A stretch of DNA of 64,000 nt. Source: Geosiphon pyriformis uo1. Its lineage: Eukaryota > Fungi > Glomeromycota. How positions within the stretch are numbered: the first letter of the stretch is position 1; each line of letters begins with the position of its first letter. Positions 36,269 through 51,866 of this stretch are shown here, piece by piece. The DNA lies in assembly GCA_016748015.1 (NCBI GenBank), contig JAAOMT010000708.1, positions 248,001 to 312,000 of the forward strand, written 5' to 3'. The position numbers were made by a program, and so were the translations under genes. A model generated the notes under the pieces. It was not told the origin of the DNA and made no database searches. It worked only from the letters and a program-made list of their open reading frames with translations.

Positions 36269-39200
36269 TATCAATAAAAAAAATTAACAATTTTCTATTT
36301 GAAATTAATAAAATTAAAATTCCAATTAAAATACTTGTCATAAAAGCCATTCAATATTAAGCTTTTATAGAAAATAATTAGTTATCAAAAGCTTATGTAA
36401 TATTGGATTAGAACATATAAAAATTTTAGATTATTTTTAATAAACAATATGCTAAAGTACCAGCTATCTGTAAATATTTTAAAAATACAGTTCCAAAACA
36501 ATTTTTAATCAAATTTGAAAAACCCAACTTCCAATTAACCTTAGAAACTTATCAAGTTTTTTGGACAGACAATTTTAGAACAGATTTATTACTATCTTTT
36601 ACATAGAAAAAAAAAACAAAAAAAGAGTTAACAAAAAATTTCAGACATAAATACCAGTTTACTTAACTCTAAATCAATAAAATCAACTATATTGACTCCT
36701 AAAATTAATTTTTATTAATTGTGAAAAGAAATTATTCTTAATGAATACTTGTATCAAAGACAATAAAATATGTCCAACTATTATCAAATACTATTGTTGT
36801 TTTTGTGTATTAAAACAATTTGAACAACCAAAACAACAAAGCAAATAAAAAAATATATTATGTTTTGTATATAATAAAATTCTATTCAATAAAAAACTAT
36901 AGAATAATGTCTTTAACAAAAAAAAAATACAACAAATTTTGCCAATACATTATTCTAATTAATATTTAAGCTTAAAAAAACTGTTTGTTATAACTTATAG
37001 TTAAGCAATAAACTAATTAGATTTATATTCTTATAATGAAAAAAAAATTTGGAAAATGACCACAAAAAAGTAAAAAAATGTTACAATTGAAAAAATAAAT
37101 ACCATAAAAAATGTCCTAATAATCATTAAAAAAATGAATAATTTATTTATTAATAACTTTAAAACATTTCAAGACTAATATCAAAAATTTGTTCTATTTA
37201 AGAAAAACAAATACAAAAATTAGCCAATCTTAATATAAAACTATGTGACTATTATTTGATCTTTTGTTATTTCCAGTATTGTAATAAGTGTAATTTCTTG
37301 TTTAATCTATTCTTATAAATACTACACACTATTTTTAAACTTAAAGAATTTAAGAAAGAGTATATATTAGTAATCAAGAACACAATATTTTAAGAATTAA
37401 ATATAACTATTAAAATAAAACAATATTTACATATCTTGACCTCTTCAAAGAATTAGAATTGAAATGATACAATAACAACAATAAAAAAATATGTTTTAAA
37501 AAAGCATATATAAATAATGTTGAATTTAATTTAAGATATTTTAGACAATATTTTGATAGTTATAATATTTTATTTTCTTGTGAAAATAGATCTCAAATTA
37601 GCTTTAAAAATTTTTATTAGCACTATAGTCCAAATTACATCTTAATTTAGTCTTGTAAACAAAAATATTAATGTTAAAAGAGAAATAATTAATATTAAAT
37701 ATATTGAGAATATAATCATAATGTTTTAAAACAATTCTGGTAAGTCATATATAATTGAATTACAAAAAAAGATTATACAGACTATTTTTCTATCTTTCAT
37801 AAAGATCTTTCAACTAATTTTTATAATTATGTATAAAAAATTAAGTTTTATTGCTTAAAAAATCCAAAAATTTAAAGTAAGTAGAAAAAGAAATATACAA
37901 ATTAATTTTGTGAAAAACACTAATAATTAGATAAAATTTATTTATACTAATATAATTATTTTCATTTTTTTATATTGACAATATATTCTGAAAATTGATT
38001 AAAAAATTTAAAACCAAGTTTTAATATTCAAAGCAGTCCTAAAAATTTGTTTTTTACCCAATATTTCTAATATGTATATACTTGTCAAAACTTACAAACA
38101 TTTCAAATTTTTATTCACAACTTTACTAAAAATATTATTAAGATTTCTAAAGAAACTCTTATTGATTCTATTTTTACAAACATTTGAAATTCCAAAAAAT
38201 CCCAATTTATCTCAGATTTTACATAACTGTTTTTATTTTGTAACATTACTTTGCAAGTATAAAATTTGACAAAAAAAGTTACTTATTTACTACAGAAGAA
38301 ATTAATAAACTAAACTTAAAAAACTTAAATACTTTATAACAAATACAATTTAAGATTCTCTTAAACCAATATGGTGATATTTTTGCCAATAAAAATAAAT
38401 TTGGATGTACCAATATTGTAAAACATAAGATTGATATTAACAATACCAAACTTATTAAACAATAAGCCTATTGAGTAATCTTAGATAATAACAACTTAAT
38501 TAAACAGAAAGTACAATAAATATTAAATAATAAATTAATCAAAAAATTGTTATGTTTCTGGTTTTCACCTGTTATATTGGTTATTAAAAAGAATAAAAAA
38601 ATTTATTTTTGTATAAATTATTAAAAACTTAATAGCATTATTTAAAAGAATAACTATTTAACTTTCTTTATCTAGAAAATTTTGGATAATCTAAGAAATA
38701 AGAAATAATTCTTATTCTTAAATTTTGTTAATAAATATTGACAAGTCAAAATGAATTTTATGGACAAAAAAAAATGACATTTATCATTTGATATAAAAAT
38801 TTCAAGCTCAATATAATGTTTTTCAGACTTTGTAATATTCTAGCTATCTTTTAATATCTGATGAATGTTGTATACAAAAAAATTCTTTGAAAATTAATTT
38901 TAGTATACTTGGATAATATTAATGTATTCTCTAAAATTTTTAATAACTATTTGTTTTATTTCTAACAAGTTTTTAATTATTTACAAAATACAGAACTAAA
39001 ACTTAACTTTAATAAATATTTTTTTAGAAAAACTGAACTAAAATTTCTGGAACATATAATTGGCAAAAATAAAGCGAAACTAGACTTTAACAAAGTTCAA
39101 AAAGTAAAAAATTTTTTAGTCTCAACCAATTTGTGAGAACCAAAAAAATTTCTAAAATTAGCAAAATATTATTGCTAAATTTTTTCATCACTTATTATTA

Positions 39201-42200
39201 AAACATGTTTCATATATATAGAAAACTAATCAACAAAAAACTTTTGACTATCTTAAATAACAATTTATTGAAGCTCTAATCTTAATTTATCTAAATTTCA
39301 ATAAACACTTTATCATAGCTACAGACATCTTAAAAAATATACTAAAAACTATTTTATTACAAATTAGATTAAACAATTGAGAATATTTAATTACATATAC
39401 TAACTACAGTACTAGTGTTGCTAAAAAAAATATACAGTACTATTAATTTAAAATGTCTTGTTATTTATTGGATTATATAAAACTTAAAATATTATCTTTA
39501 TTAATTATTCAATTTATATATAGATCATAAAAAACTAATTTGATTACTTAGCAAACTATAACTTAAAAGAAAACATGTAAGATAAAATATTTATTTGCAA
39601 TAATTTCTATACAAAGTATATTATAAAAAAGAAGCTAAAAACACCAATGTTAACAGTTTGTCAAAAATAACTCAAATCTAATTACAAACCAATAAATATA
39701 ACTATCTACTAATAATTATATTAATATTTGTCAATATTTTAATTTAAAGAGAAACAAACTTAAAACTATCTTTTGTATAATAACTAATTATATTGCCAAG
39801 AATACTAAAACCACTATACATCTTAACAAGTTATAAAAGATATTAAAAAAAAACTATTTTGTTCAACATATATTCTAATTTAACAGTAGAATATTTTAAC
39901 AAAGATATTATCTTAAAAAGAATAATTAATCTATATTATTAATCTATAATATATAAAAACATCTTTAAATACATTCTTAATTATAATTTTTGTCAAAGAA
40001 AAAGAGAGGCCAAAACAACAAAATTACTTTAATTTATTCTAGTTAAAACCTTATTTAATAAAATTGTAATTGATTTAGTTAGATCTTTTTTTATTACCTT
40101 TAAAAAAAATTGTTATATTGTTATAGCTGTAAATTATTTTATTAAATAACTAGAAGCTAAAGTTATTTAAATAGCAAATGTCAAAACAGTAGCCAAATTT
40201 GTACATTAAAATTTGATCTGCCAATATATATGTCCAAAAAAACTATTATTTGACCAAGAAACTTATTTTATTAATAGCATATTTACTAAATTGAGCTAAC
40301 AATTTAAAATAAACAACTATTATTATTACTATATTATTCTTAAACAAATAGACTAGTAGAATAATTTTATTAAATATTGTGTAAAATATTAGTAAAAATA
40401 AGTTATAAAAATACACAAAAATAAGACTTATTTATATCTTTAATATTATTAGTATACTAAATATTAAAGCAAAATATTATCCAGTTTACATTAATCAAAT
40501 TAGTTTATAAAAAAAAAGCTATACTATCTATTAAACAAGAACTACTTATTTTTTTGACTAAAATAATTACCAAAAAAAATTTTAAAGCTATTTTGTATTA
40601 AAAACATACCAACTTATAGAAATATTGAAAAACAATTATAGAATAGCAGTTAATAATATTAGTAATATTTAAAAACAACAAAAAAAAAAACATAATAATT
40701 ACTTATTTGACCAACCAATTAAATTTAAGATCAAAAACTAAATATTGTTATATTATATTAAAGCTAAAAAACAGTAGAATAAAAAATTTAATCTGAAGTA
40801 AAATAGATCTTTTTACATACATAAAATTTTGGGTAATGAAGTTTATAAATTATGATTGAAAAACAGAATTTTAAAAAAAGCCATACATAAAAATTGTCTA
40901 AAAATTTATTATACAATACAAGAATTATTATTATTTATATCTTAACTAGAAACACAAATTCTATTAATTAGATTACAAAATATATTATGAAATTTAAAAC
41001 TAATTATTATCATTAAACACAATCTACATATAACAATTTAAATTATGTAAAATAAAAATATAAATACCAAAAAGATGAAAAAAAAGTTAATAATATTCTC
41101 AATATAGACTTTTTAAACAAAATCTTGAAACTTTTACAACAACTATTTAAAACAATTTAATAATTTACAACACTAATAGAAATTACAATTGATAAAAAAA
41201 ATATATAATACAAAAATACAAGCAAAAAAAAAGTAAGCAAAAATTTAACAAGAACTAAGTATTCTTATCCTTATAACTAATAAAAAAAAGATATATAATT
41301 GTATATACTTAACAAAATTAAGAAAGCTTTAAGCAAACTAATTATAAAACTAATAATAAAAAAGTAGATATTGGAAATTTTCAAAGAATGGAAAAAAAAC
41401 TTTTACTAATATATTGGTTCTTTAAAATTGGCAAAAAACTAAATCTACAAATACTATACTTAAATACTAATAAACAAATATTCAACAAAAAAACTTTCAA
41501 ACAAGTAGAAAAATTTATTGAAAAAAACAACTTAACACTATACTACAAAGCAATATATTGACTGTATTTAGTATTTAAATATTGTTTAGCTATACTATTA
41601 AATAATTTATTAAAGACTATTACAGTTAACAATATAGAACAAATAACAAATTTACAGTTTAAAGACCTACAAAAAGCAATACTTGACACAATAATTAAAC
41701 AGTATATTAAAAAACAATTTTTACAAATACATATAATTTTACAAAAGCTTAATTCTAAAAAAAAAAGAATAATATTATTTAAGTAAAAAAGCCAATTTAA
41801 AAGCTATTAAAAAAATATAATTAAAATATGATTAAAATATAATAATATAAAAAAAACATGTTAATGCAAAATAACACAGAATAATACATAATAACTTAAA
41901 ATAATATAAAATAATATATAATAACTTAAAATAATACAAAATAATACACAATAATGTAAAATAGTACAGAATAATAAGTTATAATATAGGATAACTAATT
42001 ATAGTGTAAAAAAATAAAACAATAACAAAAATAACAAGTAATAATTAGTAATAACAAACAATTAAAAGCAATTTTATAAAACTAGAAAATATATATAAAA
42101 ATAAATAGTTTTAGCAAATAGAAAAAAATAAACAAAAGATAAAAACTTATTTTCTTAAAAATATATTTTAACTTTAAAACTTAATAAATCCCTTTTATTT

Positions 42201-42400
42201 TATATTTTTATATTTTTATATTTATAATTAAATAAAAATATTATTTAATTTACTTGTATATAATTTTTGAATTTGTATTATTAAAATCAAATTAATTGTT
42301 TTTCTTATTTTTGTCTTAAGCTAAATATTATTAATATAAACAACTTTAAAATTCTAACAACTTAAACTAATTACTTTTGATTATAGTAATTAAAAATATT
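36265..42400 (+). mobile_element. Heavily decayed Gypsy copy F (PR, Cys-rich, dUTPase, RT, RH, IN, ORF3, PPT, 3' LTR from ~41773); 5' half missing
   Basis: Remnant motifs in order: FEINKIKIPIKILVIKAIQY (PR), VYLDNINVFS (RT ~38900), IDLV / YFIK*LEAK (IN ~40070-40160), ORF3 FIEKNNLTLYYKAIY (~41520), purine tract ~41757-41772. Right end approximate. Confidence 0.8.
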
Positions 42401-42799
42401 AATTTCTTTTTTATTTTTTCTAATTTTTTTATTTTTATTTTTTTTAATAGAGCAGTAATATTAAGAAAATTGACTATCTGGAAATAAACTTTATAATAGT
42501 TTAATAAAAAAGAAAAGCTCTTTTTAGGTTTGAATATTAACATTATTTTGTTAGCTTATCAGAAAAATAAAAAAACAATATCAGATTTTAGTAATTACAC
42601 TTGATTAACTTAGAAAAAATAATTTATATATACCTAATTACAAACAGTTAAATTATATTTCTGTGTTTATAACCAAAAAACTTTATAAATAAATTTACAT
42701 TTATTAAAAATCTTTAAAAATTAATAATCTCAATTTGCCATTTATGCAAACAAAAGAAATCTCTTAAGTTTTTTTACTCAAATATAAAGCATTAAATAT

Positions 42800-44400
42800 T
42801 ACTATTATATTTTACTAAATTTATTTGTAATATTACTAGTTTTAGAAACAAAACAACAGTCTTTTGTTAAATTATTTGTTCTTGAAAATTAAACTGACTA
42901 AATAAAAACTGAAACATTTTTTTTGCTGATTTTTGGTGTTGCTGCTAATAGTACTTAAAAAATAATCTTTAGTAATTAAAAGTTTGCTGGATAAGTGGTC
43001 TTTATTTTGGTACTTAATGCTATCTTCAAAATTAAATTGGTTTATATTAAGACTGTTTTCTAATCTGTATATAATTTTCTGAATATAAAGTTAGTATTAA
43101 AAGACAATATAAAACTTTTCTGTATAAAATTTGCTTCTTAAAAGTCTTTAAAAACTGCTTTTTTGGTTGATAAGCTTTGTTTGTTTGATTACTTTTAAAA
43201 TTGCCAAGTCTTTGTTAATTTTTAAAACTGATTTTTTTTTGTTGTTATTATGCTATATAATATGTCTTTATATCTGTTGCTAATATTAAAACAGCACTTA
43301 ATAAGTTTGGTAAAATTATCTATATTGTGCTAAAATCTACTAATATTTGGCAATATATTGTTGTTTATTTCAAAGAATTAAATATTGTTGTGTTTGTTTT
43401 GAATTATTGGTTAATATTAATAAGTAAAAATAATATTAAAATCTTTTTTTTGGTAAATCAAAATGAAATTATTTTGTTTTGTAATAAGTTTAAGACCAAG
43501 TTGGTTAATTTTTTTCTGCTGTATTGCTTTTGAAATTAGTAATATAATCTTTTAGGTTAGTAGTTAAATGTGTTTTATTCTTTGCTTTTCTGATTTTAGT
43601 TGTTATTTCTAATTTGCTCTGGTTATATTTAGATCTTAAACTAATTTAAATATGATAATAATTAAAACTAAAACACTAAAAAAATGTTATATTTAATAAG
43701 AAATCTTTATTTATTAACATTGTTTTAAGTATTAAAAAATAAACCATTTGACTGTAAACTATAAAATATCTCTACCTTTTTCTTTCAAAATTTCCAAAAT
43801 ATTTATATTATGTTTTATGAATACTAAGTCTTATATTAAAACTTTTGCTTCTTTAAATTTTTCTGAATTTTCACTTTTAATAACTTTTGTTTTCTCTTTT
43901 ATAATTGTTAATAATTTTTTAATTCTTTGTAATTGATTTCTTTGGAAATTAATTTGCCAAATTAACTATATTAGTTGAATTTATTATTGGACTTGTTGGT
44001 TTTTTGGTTATTGTTTTTAAACAATTTATTAAAAAAAACTTTATTTTTAGCAGTGTTTTAAGTTTTAAGATTAATAAAGTTTTGGTGTATATAGAAGCTT
44101 TTAGCAAGATTATTAATAAGTTAGAATAAAAGATAATTGCATTAAAAGTTAAGTATAACTATAATAATAATAATATATTCGGTTTTTACATAGATTTATT
44201 TGCTATTAATGATAATATGTTTTCTAATTTGCTATTATTTTAAGAACACAAATCTGTTAATATTAAAATTAATGTTTTTAAAACAGCTAATTAGTTGGTT
44301 GAATTGGTTTTTAATAATGTTATTTTATTTGAAATTGTTCAAAAAATGTCTTTTTTGGATAAGTTTTCTTTTAGAGTTTTAATATAGTATAGCTTAAACT
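42800..44400 (+). mobile_element. Decayed LINE ORF1 (gag-like, RRM + CCHC)-type relic
   Basis: ORF 43327 (LKSTNIWQYIVVYFKE...YWLILISKNNIKIF) resembles the LINE ORF1 at 59.9-60.3 kb; decayed zinc knuckle ~43700-43760; second copy at 56.5-57.8 kb. Boundaries approximate. Confidence 0.6.
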
Positions 44401-47270
44401 GGCTTAAATAGCTAATTATATATAAAAAACATATAAACCATATTTAATACTAGAATACTTAGTTTGTTTCTAATTTTTAAATAATGATTAAACTATATTT
44501 ATTAAATATATAATAATAATAATAAAATATTATTTATTGTTTTAGTTTTTAAAATAAAAGCTTGTTAAAAAAAATTATAAAAGTAAACAAATAAAAAATA
44601 GCAAATAAAAACATATTTTTTAAAATTTTTTTTTTAATAATATAAAAATAAAAAAAAAACCCCTCATTTGTTTTAAAACTATCAAAATTTAATACTTTAA
44701 TTTAATTTAATTTAATAAAAAAAAATTATTAATATTTTATTAATAACTATTTAATAAATTTTTTGGCTAAATTATTGTGTTAATATATAATTAATTAATT
44801 TAATAAATATTATTTTTTTTTTGGTAATTTTTAACTTAAATACCAATAATAATTAGAATAAAAAAATTAAAAAATAAAACAAATTTGAATATTTACTTAA
44901 ATAATTATTTTATTAATATTAAAAATTATATAATTATAAAAAAAATTAACCAATTTAATTTTAAAAACTTAAAAAAAACAATTATCTTTTTTTGGTTAAA
45001 AAAAATTAATTATTAATTTTTTATTAATATTAATTGAAAATTAAAAGTTTTTAAATAAACAATAATATACTTTTACAAGCCAAAAATATTTAATTTAATA
45101 CCAATAATTTTATTAAAAATTCAAAGTACATTTTTAATGTTATGTTCAAAAAAATATTATAAAAAAGTATTATATTAAGAACAAAAATAATAAAAAATCA
45201 AAAAATCAACAAGTTTAATTTTTAATAAAAATATTTAAAGAAATTTAAAATACAAACTTTATATATAAAAATTTAATATTGTTTTTGATAACCAATTTTA
45301 TATTAATAAAACCATATAAAAAACAAAACACAATTTGAACAATTATTTTTATCTTTACTTTATTTTAGTTTAGTCTTAAACAATAAAATTTCAAAATATA
45401 ATAAAAATTTTCAATATTTAATTTTAAAATTATATAAAATTCATCTTGAAACAATTATAAAAGTTATTTTTTAATTATTATTATTATTTAATAATTTAGT
45501 TATGGTAAAAATTTTTATTAAAAACAAAATTTTTTATTTTGTATGCATAAAATAAAATTATAAGATTTCAAAACTGATTTATTTACAGTATAATAAATAA
45601 TTTATATTTTTAGAATTTAATAAATATTTATTAATTAATTATAAAATAAACAATTCAAATCAATTTATAAAATTATATTATAATATATTATAATTTAACA
45701 ATAAGACGAATAAAATGTTTAATTTTTGCAAAAAAAAATAGAAACAAATTGTGCACAAAATACATTTAATTTATATCAAAAAAAGAAAAGTAATCATAAT
45801 TGTTTAATTGAGCCAATGGCTAACGAGACACATTTTATTTATCTCAGGTCAAAAAAAATCATTTATTATTATTATTATTAACTATATACTACTTTATTGT
45901 ATTATTCAGTGGATATAAAAAGAATGAGTTGATTTTTTATTTGTCAACTAGCCTTCAAATTTAGTCAAGTTTCTTGGAGTGGGAATAAACAGATTTAGGA
46001 TAAATGAAGAATAAAACTCTTTGCGTATGGTCAAAAATTCAGATTATCTAATAAATGATCCTCAATAATTCGTTGATAGTTCTCTCCGAAGAATGTTCCA
46101 TGATTCAAAAGAAAGGTAGCTATTTTAGATTTTGAAGCGAAGGGGTAAAATTAGATGGTGACACAATCTATGGTTGAGCAAAGAATTCCGGCGTTGGTTT
46201 CTTGAATTCTACATTTGTCTGGGTAGGTTAGCTTGAAATAAAATTTTAAGTTGTTTGTGATTGAGATGAAGTAATTCAAAACAACAGCCGTAATTTTTTT
46301 GAAACATGTCTACCGTTGGAAGCAAGTCATGCAAATTTTGGTAAAAAATTCAGGTCTCTTTCATATGAATGTTATGAATATCATGGGACTCATACCAGTT
46401 AAATCATGTTTAGTCCTTTCATGGGGTTTTCAAACACTACCAAAAGTTGGTTTTTAAATTTAATTGAAATTAATGGCGTGATTTCAATTCACTTCAAAAA
46501 CTTCAAAAATAAATGACAAAATATGCACGCCAAGGTTACAAATTTTAATTTAATGCAGTTTCGTAATTGTGTTAAAGGTTCCAACTTCTCAGTGCATGTT
46601 TGTTTAAATTTTTCTATTTATCAGATCAAGCCTGTCCTCAGCTTCTTTGGGCCACGTGCGTCTTAAAAAGCTTGAATTTATTTTTAATATGTAACTTTTT
46701 AACCAATAGAATACGTCAAACTATCTATCCAACATGTGATTTAGGTATTTATTCTTAGTTTTTGCCTTTTTCGATCGTATTGAGTTCTATTTTAAGTGTG
46801 CAATTTTGTTTCATGCACGGGGAATTACTGCATAACTCACGCGTGGAATTTAGGAAAACTGGGGAAACTGGAGAAATTGAAGGGTTTTTAAATTTTTTAA
46901 CAAATGATGTGTAAAAGAATAACGGTTAAATAACTTTTAAGGAACTTTTTATGATTTTAAAAAATTAAGGATATAAAATTTTTGCTACATAAATAATATA
47001 TAGGAGTAAACAGTACGAATTTTTTAATTAGACGAACTTGTGACTTTTTATTTTTCTTCCATTCAAAAATATGGTTCTTTTTGGAAATTTTTATTCTCAC
47101 TTATTGTAAATATGTAACTTGTCCCAATAATTTTTTATGTAAAAATTTCACAAAACTTTAAATTACAACTTGAATTGAACTCATTCTTATTAATCGCGGT
47201 AAAACTTATCACCTTTTGTATCTACTTATTTAGCAAACACGCAAGAATAAATTTGAGGCTTTGAATTCAC

Positions 47271-47317
<47 letters not shown>

Positions 47318-47319
47318 TT

Positions 47320-47401
<82 letters not shown>
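47271..47401. repeat. Compound microsatellite (TAT)n-(TCA)n
   Basis: Directly visible. Confidence 0.95.
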
Positions 47402-47689
47402 GTTTTTTTGGTGGTAGATTAACTGCCTAATTGTTTGGGAAAACACTTTTTCAAAGCTTTTTTCCCAATTTGGATTTTCACCAAACAAAAACTTTTAGTT
47501 CCATTTTTCGAACTTGGACAAATTCATAAAATTCTTTAAAAATGGTTTTCTAGGCTCTTTTTTGTAGCTTTGCTTTATCAAAAAATAAAAAAACTTTTAA
47601 ATTTTGAACATTGAAAGTTTTATCAACTTTTAAAATTTCGTCATACAAATATGGTTTAATTAGTTTTTCGAAACGAAATACAAATTTAA

Positions 47690-47720
<31 letters not shown>

Positions 47721-50700
47721 CATTACTCATTTCTTTGAATTTAATTTATTCATGCATTCCAACCTTCTTTTTTTCTTTTTGAATCGATATTCTTTTTATC
47801 GACTTCTAGAGAGAAGTTTTTTTATTGAATATATTTAAATAATCGGTTAGCCTATGATTATTATTAGATAAAACAGATCATTGTTGATAGCCTTATTCAT
47901 CGTAGCTTTAATTACATAAATTTCTATGTACAATAAGAATCATATCAGAAAATAACTAAAGTACGTGAAAAAGGGTTTAAAAGATTATAAAACGATCGTT
48001 GATTCATTATCGAATCACCAATTACATAAAAATCATGGAAATCAAGAAATATTAGAAATTTAACCTTCGAGTTTAGGATCATGTTAATTTAAATCATTAA
48101 AAAAAATTCGATCCCTTTTTTGATATCAATTTAAAAATGATCGGTATTTTACCGAAAATGGAAGTTATTTAAACTTACCAAATTTTTTACATAATTAGTA
48201 ATTCCGAAATTGTTAATAAAGACTTTATATTGTGATTGGTTGAAAAAGTAAAATTAGAATATTAACTTCTTTCCTTTTTTTGTTTACACATTCATCTATC
48301 GATTTTTATCTTTCATTCTCATAATATAACTTCCTTTTTAATACCTGGCAATTCTACAATTCAAAATTAAATCATATCTAATGAACCCCTTGAACTACAA
48401 ATTCTAGAAATTCCTTTAATACCCATTGTGTTCCCTTCAATTTATTAAAAATCAATTAATATCATTTCTAAAACCGGTTCCCCAAATTATGTATTTATAG
48501 TTAATACTTAACCCTTATTTGATAATTACTACTAACCTTACCTAAAAGACAGTGAACAAATAAAAATTCATCGAGGATCCCATCCCTAACATCTTCCATT
48601 GTTTCTAAGATTGGAATTCAAATAGAAAAATGGAAACAAATTTTTTCATTCCTTTTTTTCCAAAATTTAGAACATCATTGTAGCTTAGTCAGATTTATTC
48701 CCATTTTAATATTTTCCATTTGATCTTTTTTTTAAAGCTGAACCGCTTAAAGGGGTTTAATTAATGAGACAATTGATGTTAAAATTAATCGAATAATCCT
48801 AGTTTTTTTTTGCATTCATGAATCTTCATTTTTAAATTGATTAATGTTTTAAAAAGGAATCATTCTCTTTCAATAATCTTGATTATTATTATTATTATTA
48901 TTATTACTATTAAAATTGGATTCAGTATTCACAATATGAAAAGGTTGGAATATAAAGAAAATTCTTTTAATCCTTTAAAACTTGAGAGAGCTTATCAACA
49001 TATTTATCACTCACTTTCACATCATCATCATCATCATAATCATCATAATTACCATTAGCATCACCATCACAAAATTCTCCTTTTCCTTCTTGTTGCGCTC
49101 AGACGTTGTTTACATTCCCGAAGGATTCTAACCGCTACACAAAACAGTCTAAATAGCAATAACCATTCGGAGTATTACACCAATTTTATTTTTAGTTCAA
49201 ATATCCTGACTTCTAGATACGCGTTCGGTCGTCTTCGGTTGCACATATCAATTATTCTGCTACTATTACCAATTAGGATTCGCCCTGAAGATCTATATTT
49301 CGACAACGAAGACGACAACGGTTTGATGATAAGCTGAAATTTGTCGTAATAAGTAACCCGTTTGGCGGTTGTACCACAGTTTTACAAACATTTGAAACAA
49401 TCAAACTTCTGATAAATAAAAATAATAGCAAATGGGAACATTGAAATAATCGCCGGATTTTCTATTCGGCTTTGGTGTCCGGAACAAGTTTTAGTCTAAT
49501 TGGTTTTTTTTTGTCCACCGTTTTTTTAACAAGTGGTCCCGAAGAAAACCACGATCAAAACTTTAAAAAAAAAATCAAAAATCAAAGACATCATTCATAC
49601 CACAGGAATATCGCAGAAACCATTAAATTTCATAATCATAATCACAGATTCTAAAATATTGAGGGAAGAAATATTTTTGAAGGCCATTGAAAAGATATTA
49701 TCATGATAATCCACCCGGATTTGCTGTCACTATATTATTGGATTAAGAATCTTTCAACCAATAACAAATTCCTCTTTTTGCTTTTTCCTTCTATTCTTTT
49801 CCCTTCTTTTATCCCGAATTTTCTCGACAAAAAAGATACGAGATAATGGGGGCAACAAATCCACAAAACAATCGTAGATCTGTAAGTTGAATCCCGTTAC
49901 TTTTCCTTTTCATCGGCAAAAACAACAGTGACAAACTTGAAAACATTAAACAAGAAAAAAATTGAAACTGTTTTTTTTTTAATTGTTTCTCTTCAAAATC
50001 TCGACTCTTTCTTCCGTTATTATTATTATTATTATTATTGTTGTTGTTGTTATTGTTGCAATTCTTGCTGCTCTCCAAATTATTGGCATTTAACCATGGT
50101 TTGCAGATTTTGCTCAATCTTTTCCCTTTTGGGAAAATTTCGTCCGGAAATCAATCGGAATCTGTCGGTTTGATTGCAACCCCTCTGACTCAATAAAATA
50201 AACTTGCTCAAAATCTCTAAATAATTGAGAACAGTGGTGTCAAAGTTGCACAACACGTCGATGAAATCTCGCGTTTTTCTTGTTGGTGTCAAATAAGAGT
50301 TGCGGCTGGTAAATCTGCTTTGATAATGTTTGCCCTGAGGTATCAAGATAATCGTATTCAATAAGGCTGCGAAGAATTCTCCGCGTTGACAAAGCTTTTT
50401 TTTTTCTAGTTATGTCTCTCAGCGAGAAAAAGTTTATAGGACATCGTAATTTGTTGATGGTGGTGAACGAGAAACAGAGTAAAGTCTAAAGAACAAAAAT
50501 TAGATCTTCAAATATTGTCATACATTCGGTGAAAATCTCTATTTTTATCAAAATTTTAACCCGAACACGACCGAATTCACACAATTACTGAAATTTTGAT
50601 TTGTGACGAGTTATAATTGATTGGCCGAGATATAGATGTTGTGTAAGGGTTGTTAGGTGGAGTAATTTCTACTCCAACTTTTTAGGTAATTGGAGTAACA

Positions 50701-50983
50701 TATAATTCAATTATTGTAGTCGTAGAAAAGAAGGATTGCTGTTTCACCATGGTGTCCGCATTCGGCCACCGCTAAACTTTCCGCTCACTCGTTTACTTGT
50801 TTACTCGTTCACTCTGTTCTCTTTCAAAGCTAAAAAAAATTTCGTTATTTTTTCCTTTGTCGTTATCTGTTACCTTTCAAATTAAACCATTGCATCATAT
50901 CACTTCATCCAACAAAAACTCGCGGGCAAAAAAAAATGCGCATTGAATAATGATAAGGGTTTTCAATGGTACTAAGTGATTTC

Positions 50984-51009
50984 AATATCAATATCAATAT
51001 CAATATCAA

Positions 51010-51044
<35 letters not shown>

Positions 51045-51070
51045 CCAACTACTACTACCACTACTACTAT
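50984..51070. repeat. Compound microsatellite (ATATCA)n-(CTA)n
   Basis: Directly visible. Confidence 0.85.
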
Positions 51071-51795
51071 TAGATAAAAATAATAATCACTCGACTAGAA
51101 TACAACCTTTTAAAGAAAACTTAGACTCTTGATCATCACCATTATCATCGACTTAGAGCTTTTGGTTTGCGTGTCACGAAAAATTTATAATAAGAGTGTT
51201 GTGCCCGCAGGTAGGGATGAACAGCAGCAGGATATTTCACGGATAAAAAGCCTGGTACTTCCCACAAAAAAGCTGTTTGGCATTCTCTCTTATTCTATAC
51301 ATTCTTGTAAATTTTTCTCTTTCCTCTTTGGTTGTGTCACTGGCTGAACCGGCCGGCCTTCGCACAGTTATACCAAGACTTCTTCTACAGGCATTCGGCG
51401 TTCTTTAGGCTTTCCTCTCTCTCTTTGCATGTTTCTGAAGCGATAAACAATCAGCCAAAAATAAAATGGGGACCGTCAACGGTGGAAAAATTATCAGCTT
51501 CACACCAAATCCTTCTTTAGGCGCCATAAACAGCCGAATGCCTTCCCATCCGAATGGTTGCAACTTCACTTTCCAAATTCCTTCGAGTGAGTTTTTTACC
51601 GTTTTTTGGTCGCCTTTTCCGGGAGTTTACCTCTATGTTGTGTTTTTCTTCAGTCAGCCGTTTTCTATGAAAGTTACATGATATATTGGGTTTGGTATAG
51701 GCTTGTTTTGTTTCTCATACCCCCATCCAAGTTGTCCCTGTTTGGTAAAGGGATGGCTAGGGCCGGCTATATCTAATATATCTCTATCGACCTAT

Positions 51796-51810
51796 GTATA
51801 AATATAAATA
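51796..51810 (+). promoter_or_regulatory. Putative TATA box of the bHLH gene
   Basis: gtataaatataaata ~60-70 nt upstream of the ATG at 51867, followed by a pyrimidine-rich leader. Confidence 0.45.
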
Positions 51811-51866
51811 TACACTACCAAACTACTATCCACCTGTTGCTTTATTTTTTTTCCTTTAACTTATAA

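Noticed and set aside
49809-50361. Divergent gene from ORFs 49809..50117, 50080..50361 and 49928..50173
   Set aside because: No recognisable motif; open frames are largely due to (TTA)n/(TTG)n microsatellites; no convincing splice model.
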